This document shows, piece by piece, positions 1 to 8,186 of a stretch of DNA of 32,000 nucleotides. Origin of the DNA: Ruminococcus albus 7 = DSM 20455 (lineage in GTDB: Bacteria; Bacillota; Clostridia; Oscillospirales; Ruminococcaceae). Each line of letters opens with the position of its first letter. Position 1 is the stretch's first letter. Where the stretch lies: NCBI RefSeq assembly GCF_000179635.2, contig NC_014833.1, forward strand, positions 1,050,001 to 1,082,000, given 5' to 3'. Both the position numbers and the translations under genes were made by a program. The notes under the pieces are model-generated. The model had not been told where the DNA came from. It worked only from the letters and a program-made list of their open reading frames with translations, and ran no database searches.

Positions 1-342
1 CTGGATATAACCGTTGTGCTGATAATGATGCTGACGGGGGCAATGTTCTGGAACAGTGCGGGCAGGGCGATAGCCATAACCGCTCCGCTTTTGTTTCTGT
101 TTTCAGGGACGGTATACTATCTCCGTACAAGAGAAATGGGCGGTGATGATATCGCCGATGACCCTGTGGATCCTGAAGACGACGAGAAAGCAGCGCTTAT
201 GAAGGCGGCTGATGATATTATCGCGGAGGGAAAACGTCCCAGGACAGCTGAGGATATACTTGCGAAGGCTAAGGCTGAGATCGGTGCGGATGCAGCCGAA
301 GACGATATGGAGAATGGAAATGGACATATTCAGGATAATTAA
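1..342 (+). CDS. 3' end of a gene entering from the left edge; membrane protein C-terminus with an acidic tail
   Basis: The frame is open from nt 1 (LDITVVLIMMLTG...), so the GTG at 16 in the track is probably internal. Stop is TAA at 340-342. A hydrophobic span (AITAPLLFLFSGTVYYL) is followed by a D/E-rich tail. No family recognised. Confidence 0.45.
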   Translation: MDITVVLIMMLTGAMFWNSAGRAIAITAPLLFLFSGTVYYLRTREMGGDDIADDPVDPEDDEKAALMKAADDIIAEGKRPRTAEDILAKAKAEIGADAAEDDMENGNGHIQDN

Positions 343-1174
343 GCAGGGGTTGGCGGTATCTGCGGCAGTGGTTATTGCTGCAGCAGTGAGCTCCTGTGCG
401 GATAAAAGCAGATATAACAGCAAGGTGCATATAAATGAAGCACTGAGATACATGAACCAAAAATACCACGCAGAGTTCACTGTAGAGGAAGAAAATCCTG
501 CGGCGGACAAGGACGATGAGGGATATGTTGATATCTATGTCAGCTGCAAGCAGCTGGGGGATATCAGGATAAGAGTCAGCAGCAGCGACGGCAAGACTTT
601 TCTCGATGACCTTGTTCCCAAAAAGTATGAGCACCAGGCGCAGTCTGATATTCAGCTTGCGGCAAAGACAGCATTCACAGGCGATAAGCCGAAGGTGATG
701 CTTTCGCTGAATGAAGAAAATGAAATGGCTGACAGGACGCTGCCTGCGGATACCACCTATGAGGACTTCATGCTTTCGGGGGCGCTGGGACTGGTTGAGG
801 TATACACCGATGACAGTGATGCACCTCTGGAAGATTACAGGAAACTTGTAGATTTAATGGCTTCAAATAATATGAACTGTCTGCCGAGCGTGTATTATTT
901 TACTGATAACAGCTACGAAAACATAACCAGAGATGCCCCTGCTAAGGTGTATGACGGAAATGATAAGAAGCTGGGCCATATCAGGATAAAAAACGATGCG
1001 TGTATACTGGACGAAGATTTTGACGGCGAACTGATGATAGATGATCTGTATGCGCTGGATACAGATGCGGTATATTTGCAGCTGTTCCCTGCAGATAACG
1101 AGGATACGGCTGCCTATGATGCCATGTTCGTGCCACATGAAAGCACATCCGGCAGTGAAAGCGGCAAGGAATAA
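314..1174 (+). CDS. Putative lipoprotein, function unknown
   Basis: The track ORF 212..1174 overlaps the upstream gene. An internal ATG at 314 (or 320) gives MEMDIFRIIKQGLAVSAAVVIAAAVSSC, with a basic n-region, a hydrophobic core and a lipobox-like V-S-S-C. The rest is acidic and soluble-looking. Confidence 0.65.
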   Translation: MEMDIFRIIKQGLAVSAAVVIAAAVSSCADKSRYNSKVHINEALRYMNQKYHAEFTVEEENPAADKDDEGYVDIYVSCKQLGDIRIRVSSSDGKTFLDDLVPKKYEHQAQSDIQLAAKTAFTGDKPKVMLSLNEENEMADRTLPADTTYEDFMLSGALGLVEVYTDDSDAPLEDYRKLVDLMASNNMNCLPSVYYFTDNSYENITRDAPAKVYDGNDKKLGHIRIKNDACILDEDFDGELMIDDLYALDTDAVYLQLFPADNEDTAAYDAMFVPHESTSGSESGKE

Positions 1175-1232
1175 CGGTATAGTATTACCGGAATGTCCGG
1201 TAAAAAATAGATTCATGAAACAGGAGATCATT

Positions 1233-2246
1233 ATGAGCGAATTGAATTTTTCTAAAGACAAGAAACTGATACTTAGCATGATACAGCCCACGGGTACTTT
1301 CACTCTGGGCAACTATCTGGGTGCGGTAAAGAACTGGGGACCTCTGCAGGAGGAGTTCAACTGTGTTTACGCAGTAGCCGATCTGCATTCCATCACAGTT
1401 ACACAGGAGCCCTCTGCGCTGAGAAAGAATTCTATGCAGGCTTATGCACTGCTGATGGCTTGCGGTATGGATCCCGAGAAGAGCGTTCTGTTTTTCCAGA
1501 GCCATAACTGCAACCACCCTGAGCTGAGCTGGGTACTGGGATGTTCGACACAGTTTGGTGAGCTTTCCAGAATGACACAGTTCAAGGACAAGAGTGCTAA
1601 GCACGCTGACAATATCAACGCAGGTCTGTTTACATACCCTGTACTTATGGCAGCTGACATACTGGCTTACAATGCTGACCTGGTACCTATAGGTGCAGAC
1701 CAGAAACAGCACCTGGAGCTGGCAAGAAATATCGCACAGAGATTCAATCAGCGTTACGGCGAGTTCTTCAACCTGCCCGAGCCTTATATACCAAAGATGG
1801 GTGCTAAGGTAATGAGCCTGCAGGATCCCACAAAGAAGATGTCCAAGTCGGACGAGAACCCCAATGCGTGCATATTCATACTGGACGACAAGGATACTAT
1901 CATAAGAAAATTCAAGAGGGCTGTGACCGACTCCGAGACCGAGGTAAGATTTGCTGAGGGCAAGGACGGCATCAATAACCTGATGACTATATACAGCGTA
2001 GTTACAGGCAATACCTTCGAGGAGATAGAGAAGGAATTCGCAGGCAAGGGCTACGGCGATTTCAAGCTGGCTGTAGGTGAGGCTGTGGCAGATCATCTTG
2101 AACCTGTACGTACAAAGTTCGATAAGCTGATGGCTGATAAGGCATACCTTAAGGAGTGCTACACCGACGGTGCGCAGAAGGCTCAGCTGATAACCAGAAG
2201 AGTGGTATCAAAGGTTTATCACAAGGTCGGATTTGTTGACCGCTGA
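1233..2246 (+). CDS. trpS: Tryptophan--tRNA ligase
   Basis: AGGAGA at 1222-1227 precedes ATG 1233 (MSELNF...). Class I signatures: QPTGTFTLGNYLGA (HIGH-region equivalent in TrpRS) and KKMSKS. Length of about 337 aa is typical. The upstream extension to 1041 in the track overlaps the lipoprotein gene. Confidence 0.95.
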   Translation: MSELNFSKDKKLILSMIQPTGTFTLGNYLGAVKNWGPLQEEFNCVYAVADLHSITVTQEPSALRKNSMQAYALLMACGMDPEKSVLFFQSHNCNHPELSWVLGCSTQFGELSRMTQFKDKSAKHADNINAGLFTYPVLMAADILAYNADLVPIGADQKQHLELARNIAQRFNQRYGEFFNLPEPYIPKMGAKVMSLQDPTKKMSKSDENPNACIFILDDKDTIIRKFKRAVTDSETEVRFAEGKDGINNLMTIYSVVTGNTFEEIEKEFAGKGYGDFKLAVGEAVADHLEPVRTKFDKLMADKAYLKECYTDGAQKAQLITRRVVSKVYHKVGFVDR

Positions 2247-2270
2247 TATTACTGTAAGGTAAGACCGATC

Positions 2271-2963
2271 ATGACGACGGCACTTTTTAAGGATACTATA
2301 CGTGAGATACTGCGCTCAAAGGGGCGGTTCCTGTCAGTTATGCTGATAGCCGCCCTTGGGTGCGGGTTCTTCTCAGGGGTAAAGGCAACTATGCCCGATA
2401 TGGTGGATTCAGCGGCGGATTATTTTAATGAGTACCGTTTAATGGACTTGAAGCTTGTATCCGGCATAGGTGTAAGGTCATCGGATGTTGAAGCTGTAAA
2501 AGGGGCTGAGAATGTCCGCGGTGCTCACGCTGCGTATTCCAAGGATGTATTCTATCTGCATGAGGACAAAAATATCGTGCTCAAATGCATATCCTTCAAC
2601 AGCAGTCTTGACGACAGCAGCCCTAATCTTATGAACAAGCTGCACGTTGTCGAGGGACGCTTGCCGGAAAAGGACGGCGAGTGTGCAGTGGAGATAAAGA
2701 TCTCATCGCCCGATACTTTCAAGATAGGCGAGAAGCTGACGTTCTCCGACCCCGATGATACCAAAAAGCTGACGGATACCCTGCAGTCCGATACCTTTGA
2801 GATAGTAGGCATAGTGACATCACCGCAGTACATAGGTTACGAGCGTGACCGTACCACAGAGGGTGACGGAACTTGGGTCAAGCCTTTCGCGAAAGGCTTG
2901 CGGGAGTTTGAGGGCAGAGCCCTCAACTCAAGGCGCAAAAGCGACGCGACAATAAAGCAATAA
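2271..2963 (+). pseudogene. N-terminal fragment of a large FtsX/MacB-type ABC transporter permease (truncated)
   Basis: The N-terminus (LFKDTIREILRSKGRFLSVMLIAALGCGFFSGVKATMPDM ... VEGRLPEKDGECAV ... IVGIVTSPQYIGYER) matches the TM1 plus extracytoplasmic-domain start of FtsX-family permeases, which are normally several hundred aa longer. Permease-like sequence stops near nt 2873. The last 30 or so codons (TWVKPFAKGLREFEGRALNSRRKSDATIKQ*) are read through palindromic DNA. No C-terminal FtsX TM bundle and no partner ATPase gene are nearby. Confidence 0.6.
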
Positions 2964-3106
2964 ATAGAACAGCAAACTCCCGATCATGTCAAAAAGCGGG
3001 CGGTCACAAAAATCTATGGGTGAACGAAATGAGCGATCCACGCTATTCTATTTTGGCGCACAGACCGCCCGCGCCCGTCGTCAAACAGCGAAGCGTTTTT
3101 GACGAC
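2879..3106. repeat. Cluster of nested perfect inverted repeats (candidate structured RNA or recombination scar)
   Basis: - P1: 22-nt palindrome CAAGCCTTTCGCGAAAGGCTTG at 2879-2900.
- P2: CGGGAGTTTG 2901-2910 pairs with CAAACTCCCG 2973-2982 (10/10) and encloses the hairpin AGGGC-aga-GCCCT at 2911-2923.
- P3: GCGGGCGGTC 2996-3005 pairs with GACCGCCCGC 3063-3072 (10/10).
- P4: GTCGTCAAA 3077-3085 pairs with TTTGACGAC 3098-3106 (9/9).
Strand of any transcript is unknown. Confidence 0.45.
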
Positions 3107-3164
3107 TCGACCCGCAGGGGCGAAAAGTCAACCGCAGTACGTAAAAAAACCAAGGAGAACAGAA

Positions 3165-3503
3165 ATGGACAGTATTATCGGTATAAAAGCTGACAAATTC
3201 ACAGCGGCGGTCGCCAAGGTGATACGGGCTTATGAAGACGTTTCGATGTCCGAGATAAAGCGGCGCATAGCTGATGGTGATTATATCTATTCGGGTGATC
3301 TTTACAGGGCGGCTGAGATAAAGAAAGTTCTTAAAATAAATGATGAGCTTACAAAAGCGGGCATAAACTGCGAGATGTATGTGCATGACGAGGTTACGAA
3401 TACGGAGTATCTGAACAATCTGCTCGTTTCGTATAAGCAGACCGAGGAATGGACGGAGTACGTCATGGATATGGAAGCACAGGCGGAAGAGTCCTCGGAA
3501 TGA
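3165..3503 (+). CDS. Small acidic hypothetical protein with a ribosomal L7/L12 C-terminal-domain-like sequence pattern
   Basis: AAGGAGA at 3152-3158 precedes ATG 3165; the track start at 3099 lies inside the repeat element. AVAKVIRAYEDVSMSEIKRRIADGD...AAEIKKVLKINDELTKAGINCEMYV resembles the L7/L12 CTD pattern (VIKxVRxxTGLGLKEAKDLV...AEEIKKKLEEAGAKVEL). The similarity was judged by eye only. Confidence 0.55.
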   Translation: MDSIIGIKADKFTAAVAKVIRAYEDVSMSEIKRRIADGDYIYSGDLYRAAEIKKVLKINDELTKAGINCEMYVHDEVTNTEYLNNLLVSYKQTEEWTEYVMDMEAQAEESSE

Positions 3504-3578
3504 CATATGGGACAGAAATAACAGATAATGATAAGCGAGAGCTTTTCATAATAAATCAAAAACAGGAGGTCACAAAAA

Positions 3579-3821
3579 ATGGACGTAAAGGACATCACAA
3601 AGGCAGTAAGCGGAGACAGTATCGCTAAGGTGGTTGACAAGGCAGTTGACGCTGTGGCAGACAAGATACCTGTTTCCAAGTCAGTCAAGGACGATGTTAA
3701 GAAAGAGGTCAAGAAGGTAGCTACAAAAGAGAATATCGAGAAAGTAGCAACCAAGGAGAACATCGAAAAGGTAAAGGACGTTGCCGGCAAAGTCATCGAT
3801 AAGGTGAAGGGCGACAAGTAA
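3579..3821 (+). CDS. Small Lys/Val/Asp-rich hypothetical protein (80 aa) with an internal tandem duplication
   Basis: AGGAGG lies 8 nt upstream of the ATG. KVATKENIEKV occurs twice in tandem. Composition is reminiscent of small stress/LEA-like proteins, but no family is assigned. Confidence 0.6.
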   Translation: MDVKDITKAVSGDSIAKVVDKAVDAVADKIPVSKSVKDDVKKEVKKVATKENIEKVATKENIEKVKDVAGKVIDKVKGDK

Positions 3822-3901
3822 ATAATGTCCGAGGGCGGCGGGACGGTATCATTATATCCGTCCCACTGACGTGCCCGATAATATGAGTAAGGATAATATC
3901 T

Positions 3902-4756
3902 ATGAGCGAAAATTTTATCGAGATCAAAGATCTTCGGTTTTCATATATAAATGACCTTGAAGAACCTCCCGTAAAGACAGAGGTGCTCAAAGGTGTCACA
4001 CTGAATATAAAAAAAGGCGAATTTCTGGCGGTGCTTGGTCATAACGGGTCCGGCAAATCCACCCTTGCAAAGTGCATAAACGCCATAAACCTCCCCGAAG
4101 CGGGCGGAGTATTTGTTGACGGTATGGATACACTGGACGAGGATAATCTTCTGCCCATAAGACAGCGTGTTGGAATGGTTTTCCAGAATCCCGATAACCA
4201 GATAGTTGCCACCATAGTTGAGGAAGACGTAGCTTTCGCACTGGAAAATATGGGCGTTGAACCCTCTGAGATAAGACGGAGAGTTGACGAAGCTCTGAAA
4301 ACTGTCGGTATGTACGATTACCGTCTTCACGCACCACACAAGCTATCGGGCGGACAGAAGCAGAGAGTGGCTATTGCAGGCATAATCGCCATGCACCCCG
4401 ACTGCATACTCCTTGACGAACCCACAGCTATGCTTGACCCTAAAGGACGCGAGGAAGTCATGAAGACGATAAAGCTTCTGAATTCCCAGGGCGTGACGAT
4501 AGTTCTCATAACCCACTACATGGAAGAAGCCGCACAGGCTGACCGCGTTGTAGTCATCGACGGCGGCGAGGTCGTTATGGACGATGTGCCGCGCAAGATA
4601 TTCTCGCAGGTGGAGAAGATGAAAGAACTCGGTCTGGACGTTCCGCAGGTGACAGAACTTGCATGGGAACTGCAGAAAGCAGGGTTCGATATATCCACCG
4701 AGATAATAGATGAAGATGAATGTGTTAAGAAACTGGCGGAGCTTTTTGGCATATAA
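3902..4756 (+). CDS. ecfA1: Energy-coupling factor (ECF) transporter ATPase, EcfA1 type
   Basis: Walker [13 protein letters not shown] signature LSGGQKQR, Walker [13 protein letters not shown]-loop ITH. N-terminus [10 protein letters not shown] and a length of 284 aa are typical of EcfA1/CbiO. ecfA2 and ecfT lie downstream. Confidence 0.9.
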   Translation: MSENFIEIKDLRFSYINDLEEPPVKTEVLKGVTLNIKKGEFLAVLGHNGSGKSTLAKCINAINLPEAGGVFVDGMDTLDEDNLLPIRQRVGMVFQNPDNQIVATIVEEDVAFALENMGVEPSEIRRRVDEALKTVGMYDYRLHAPHKLSGGQKQRVAIAGIIAMHPDCILLDEPTAMLDPKGREEVMKTIKLLNSQGVTIVLITHYMEEAAQADRVVVIDGGEVVMDDVPRKIFSQVEKMKELGLDVPQVTELAWELQKAGFDISTEIIDEDECVKKLAELFGI

Positions 4757-4815
4757 GGATATCATCAATAGAAAATAATGACAGATGGAGACAGTTTAAA
4801 ATAAGAGGTAAAGAT

Positions 4816-5619
4816 ATGTATGTGATCGGTTCGGTAGTATTGGCGGTATTGCTGATAGTGCTTATAAAGACAGGAAAACTTAAACTGCACAAAACTTCCG
4901 CGGCGATTGCGGCTATGCTTATGACAGCGGCATCAGCAGGGCTGTATTTTGCTGAGGGCGCAAGGATACCGGGTGCTCTGAGTGCGAAATTGTTCGGCAC
5001 TAACATCAAGGAGATCGCGGACGTAAAGATGTACGGCGATACGTCAAAAGCGGCAATAGTAGCAAAGATCATTCTTATGATAGTCTGCGCAGTTCCCGTG
5101 GCGGCAGGTATAATATACTCGGTACAGGCACTGGTGCGCAGGGCGGCAGTGCGTGAGGGCTATGAGGCTGACAATGTTTTCAATTCAAGACGTGCCAAGG
5201 CTTCCGCCGCACATGGGATATCGGCATCTGTACTTATGATAATAATGACGGCGCTCATGGTGATGCTTGCTTATCCGCATATCGACGACCTTATGAAATC
5301 GATGATACTTGTGAACCCTGTGATACTGCTGATATTCTCTCTGCTGACCTTCGGTATCGCCATAATACCCCTGACAGGATATTTCCTGGCGATAAACGGA
5401 GTGCTGTTCATGATAGTCAGCGGACTTGGCGCGGCGGCAGTTGTGCTGTATATACTGTCGGTGCTTTTCGGTATTTCCTCAGCGGCAGGTGCGGCTAAAA
5501 GCGGAGCGGTAAGCAAGGGAAAAAGCACGATATACGGTCTGTTGAGTCTGCTTGCAGGCTGGAACATACTGGTATTCATAAGCCTGAAAAAAGAGATATC
5601 AAAGAACGCAGTGCAGTAA
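4816..5619 (+). CDS. Polytopic membrane protein of unknown function (about 7-8 predicted TM segments)
   Basis: AGAGG RBS precedes ATG 4816. Hydrophobic segments appear throughout (YVIGSVVLAVLLIVLI, AIVAKIILMIVCAVPVAAGIIY, ILLIFSLLTFGIAIIPLTGYFLAINGVLFMIVSGLGAAAVVLYILSVLFGI, and others). No recognised family. The gene sits between ecfA1 and ecfA2. Confidence 0.7.
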   Translation: MYVIGSVVLAVLLIVLIKTGKLKLHKTSAAIAAMLMTAASAGLYFAEGARIPGALSAKLFGTNIKEIADVKMYGDTSKAAIVAKIILMIVCAVPVAAGIIYSVQALVRRAAVREGYEADNVFNSRRAKASAAHGISASVLMIIMTALMVMLAYPHIDDLMKSMILVNPVILLIFSLLTFGIAIIPLTGYFLAINGVLFMIVSGLGAAAVVLYILSVLFGISSAAGAAKSGAVSKGKSTIYGLLSLLAGWNILVFISLKKEISKNAVQ

Positions 5620-5641
5620 GGAAAAATATGGAGAAAGTAAA

Positions 5642-6499
5642 ATGGCAGTGATTAAAACCGAAAAACTCACCTATGTATACGGTGAGGGCACGCCCTTTCG
5701 CAAGGTGGCAGTGGATAACGTCGATCTTGAGATAGAAAAGGGCGACTTTGCAGGGATAATAGGCCACACTGGCTCGGGAAAGTCCACGCTGATACAGCAT
5801 TTCAACGGACTTCTCAAACCCACGAGCGGTGCGGTATATATAGATGGTGAAAAACTCTGGGACGACAAGGCTAAGCTTCGTCCTGTGAGATTCAAGGTGG
5901 GGCTGGTGTTCCAGTACCCCGAGTATCAGCTGTTTGAGGAAACAGTGGCTAAGGACATAGCTTTCGGTCCCAAGAACATGGGTCTTGATAAGGACGAGAT
6001 AGCCCGCCGCGTCAAAGAAAGCGCGGATATGGTAGGGCTTTCGGCAAAAGCTTTGGAAAAATCCCCCTTTGAACTATCGGGCGGACAGCGCAGACGTGCG
6101 GCGATAGCAGGCGTTATGGCAATGGAACCCGAGGTGCTGATACTGGACGAGCCCGCATCGGGGCTTGACCCCAAGGGCAGGGAACAGATACTGGGCATGA
6201 TAAAGGATTATCACAGGCAGAAAGGCAATACCGTACTGCTTGTATCCCATTCCATGGAGGATATAGCCAAGAATGTGGATAAGATACTTGTTATGAACGA
6301 TGCGAAGCTGTTCTGCTATGATGAAACGGTGAAGGTATTCCACCGTGCAGAGGAACTTGAAGCCATGGGGCTTGCAGTGCCTCAGATAACGAGGGTGTTC
6401 AACAGGCTCAAAGCCATGGGGATAGACCTTGGAGAAGATGTATACACAGTCGGGTTCGGCAGAGACCTTCTGCTGGACAGGCTCGGGAAGAGGGTATAG
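5642..6499 (+). CDS. ecfA2: Energy-coupling factor (ECF) transporter ATPase, EcfA2 type
   Basis: Walker A GHTGSGKST, signature LSGGQRRR, Walker B LILDEPASGLD, H-loop VSH. N-terminus IKTEKLTYVYGEGTPF...AVDNVDLEI is typical of EcfA2. Confidence 0.9.
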   Translation: MAVIKTEKLTYVYGEGTPFRKVAVDNVDLEIEKGDFAGIIGHTGSGKSTLIQHFNGLLKPTSGAVYIDGEKLWDDKAKLRPVRFKVGLVFQYPEYQLFEETVAKDIAFGPKNMGLDKDEIARRVKESADMVGLSAKALEKSPFELSGGQRRRAAIAGVMAMEPEVLILDEPASGLDPKGREQILGMIKDYHRQKGNTVLLVSHSMEDIAKNVDKILVMNDAKLFCYDETVKVFHRAEELEAMGLAVPQITRVFNRLKAMGIDLGEDVYTVGFGRDLLLDRLGKRV

Positions 6500-6501
6500 G
6501 T

Positions 6502-7308
6502 TTGATAAAGGATATTACGATAGGACAGTACTTTCCGGGCAAGTCGGTACTGCACCGAATGGATGCCAGGGTGAAGATACTGCTGACAGCGGTGTTCATA
6601 GTCATGCTGTTCATGGCGAAAAGCATACAGGCGCTTTCGGTGGGGATACTGTTCACGGTGGTTACGTTCATAATATCGCGGATACCGCTTAAAATGATGG
6701 GCAAGAGCCTGAAGCCCATAGTCCCCATAGTTATATTCACGGCGGTGCTGAATTTATTTTTCATACGCACAGGCGATGTCCTGTGGGAATGGAAGATAAT
6801 CAAGCTTACACAGGACGGCGTTGACACTTCACTGTTCATGGTGATAAGGATAATCTGTCTGATATGCGGAAGTTCACTGCTGACGTATACCACTTCACCG
6901 ATAGAACTTACGGACGCTATCGAAAAGCTGCTGGGACCGCTTAAAAAGATAAAAGTCCCTGTGCATGAACTGGCTATGATGATGACCATAGCGCTCAGGT
7001 TCATACCCACCCTAATAGAGGAAACGGACAAGATCATCAGTGCGCAGAAGGCGCGCGGTGCGGATATGGAAACAGGCGGTCTGATACAGAAGACGAAGGC
7101 GCTTATACCTATACTGATACCGCTGTTCGTGGCAAGCTTCCGTCATGCGGAGGAACTGGCGCTGGCTATGGAATGCAGGTGCTATCACGGCGGTGAGGGC
7201 AGGACACGAATGAAACAGCTGAAAATGAGCATCACCGACCTATGGGGTAGTTTTTTCTGCGGAGTGTTCTTGGCAGGAGTCATAGCCGTGAATATTATCA
7301 CTAAGTGA
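6502..7308 (+). CDS. ecfT: Energy-coupling factor transporter transmembrane (T) component
   Basis: TTG start sits 2 nt after the ecfA2 stop. IGQYFPGKSVLHRMDARVKIL is the typical EcfT/CbiQ N-terminus. The two Ala-Arg-Gly coupling-helix motifs are present as AQKARGAD and in the region around ALRFIPTL. Multiple TM segments; 268 aa. Confidence 0.9.
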   Translation: MIKDITIGQYFPGKSVLHRMDARVKILLTAVFIVMLFMAKSIQALSVGILFTVVTFIISRIPLKMMGKSLKPIVPIVIFTAVLNLFFIRTGDVLWEWKIIKLTQDGVDTSLFMVIRIICLICGSSLLTYTTSPIELTDAIEKLLGPLKKIKVPVHELAMMMTIALRFIPTLIEETDKIISAQKARGADMETGGLIQKTKALIPILIPLFVASFRHAEELALAMECRCYHGGEGRTRMKQLKMSITDLWGSFFCGVFLAGVIAVNIITK

Positions 7309-7397
7309 TAAGGGTGAGCGGCTCGGGTACATAGTGTAAAAGCAAACGGAAATAAGGTGTAAAAATGGAGAGATATATCCGCTTTTGAGGAGAGTTT

Positions 7398-7859
7398 ATG
7401 ATGAATGATACTTATTACCCCGAACTGGGAATGAGCGAGAAGGAACTTATGAAGAAACTGCCGTTTACAAAGGCGACAAACGGTGCTACGGGAAAAACAC
7501 TGGACTTTTCGTGGTACGGAAGGATACCGAAGGGCTGGCGCACAGCATTCGGTATGGATATGCTGAAGGAAATGGCAGCCGAATACAAGAATTTCACAAG
7601 ACACGACAAAAAGCAGTGGCGTGTTACGGGCGTTATGGAGAAGTACGGTGAGCTGCGTATATACACAGGGCTTACTACACCGAACATGGATGCTATACTA
7701 GAAAAGTACACGTCGCTGAGCCATAAAAGGTGTATGGAATGCGGCAAACCCTGTGTTCAGCGCGGCGACGGCTGGATATATACCATGTGTGAGGACTGCT
7801 ATGAGGCGATGGTTGAAAGAATGGGTCACGGTGCAGGCATAAGGACACCTTTTGACTGA
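7398..7859 (+). CDS. Hypothetical protein with a C-terminal Cys4 zinc-ribbon (CxxC...CxxC)
   Basis: GAGGAGAG RBS precedes the ATG. The C-terminal motif is CMECGKPC...MCEDCY. An EKYGELRIY segment lies upstream of the ribbon. No family assigned. Confidence 0.6.
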   Translation: MMNDTYYPELGMSEKELMKKLPFTKATNGATGKTLDFSWYGRIPKGWRTAFGMDMLKEMAAEYKNFTRHDKKQWRVTGVMEKYGELRIYTGLTTPNMDAILEKYTSLSHKRCMECGKPCVQRGDGWIYTMCEDCYEAMVERMGHGAGIRTPFD

Positions 7860-7883
7860 TAACATAGAAAGGAGAGGTCTGTT

Positions 7884-8177
7884 ATGGGCGGTTTGATAAC
7901 CGATATGGATCAGGATCACAAGATAATGATACTTGAGAAAAAATTACGCAGACTTGAAAACAAACTGAACGGAGGAAACGGTATGTCAAAAATACTTGAA
8001 ACACTGATAGGACAGGATGTAACACTGAATATATCTTATGAAGAACTCAAATGCAGGGTGCTTGACTGCGATGAGGACTGGATAAAACTGCTGGTATACG
8101 GCAAGAAAAAGGATATCACAGTGATACGCCCCATTTACGAGATAACAAAAGTAACACTTGACAAAGACGGGATATAA
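7884..8177 (+). CDS. Small hypothetical protein (97 aa; possible alternative start at 7983)
   Basis: AAGGAGAGG lies 7 nt upstream of ATG 7884. A second GGAGGA-led ATG at 7983 (MSKILETLIGQDV...) would give 64 aa. No recognisable motifs. Confidence 0.5.
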   Translation: MGGLITDMDQDHKIMILEKKLRRLENKLNGGNGMSKILETLIGQDVTLNISYEELKCRVLDCDEDWIKLLVYGKKKDITVIRPIYEITKVTLDKDGI

Positions 8178-8186
8178 GTTTATAAT

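Noticed and set aside
1175-1232. Possible T-box leader upstream of trpS
   Set aside because: trpS is often T-box regulated in Firmicutes, but the intergenic space here is only 58 nt, far too short for a T-box. Only a small TTACCGG/CCGGTAA hairpin is present.
1185-2096. - strand 303-aa ORF and other antisense ORFs inside trpS
   Set aside because: They are antisense to a confidently identified tryptophan--tRNA ligase gene.
3081-3817. - strand ORFs 3081..3506 (141 aa) and 3302..3817 (171 aa)
   Set aside because: They are antisense to two + strand genes with strong Shine-Dalgarno sequences. The 171-aa product is a low-complexity S/T/F mirror of the Lys-rich gene.
3840-3864. Hairpin GGGACGG-N11-CCGTCCC downstream of the Lys-rich gene, considered as a terminator
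   Set aside because: No U-run follows it, and ecfA1 starts about 40 nt downstream. It may be a weak terminator or processing site, but it does not meet the criteria for an intrinsic terminator.
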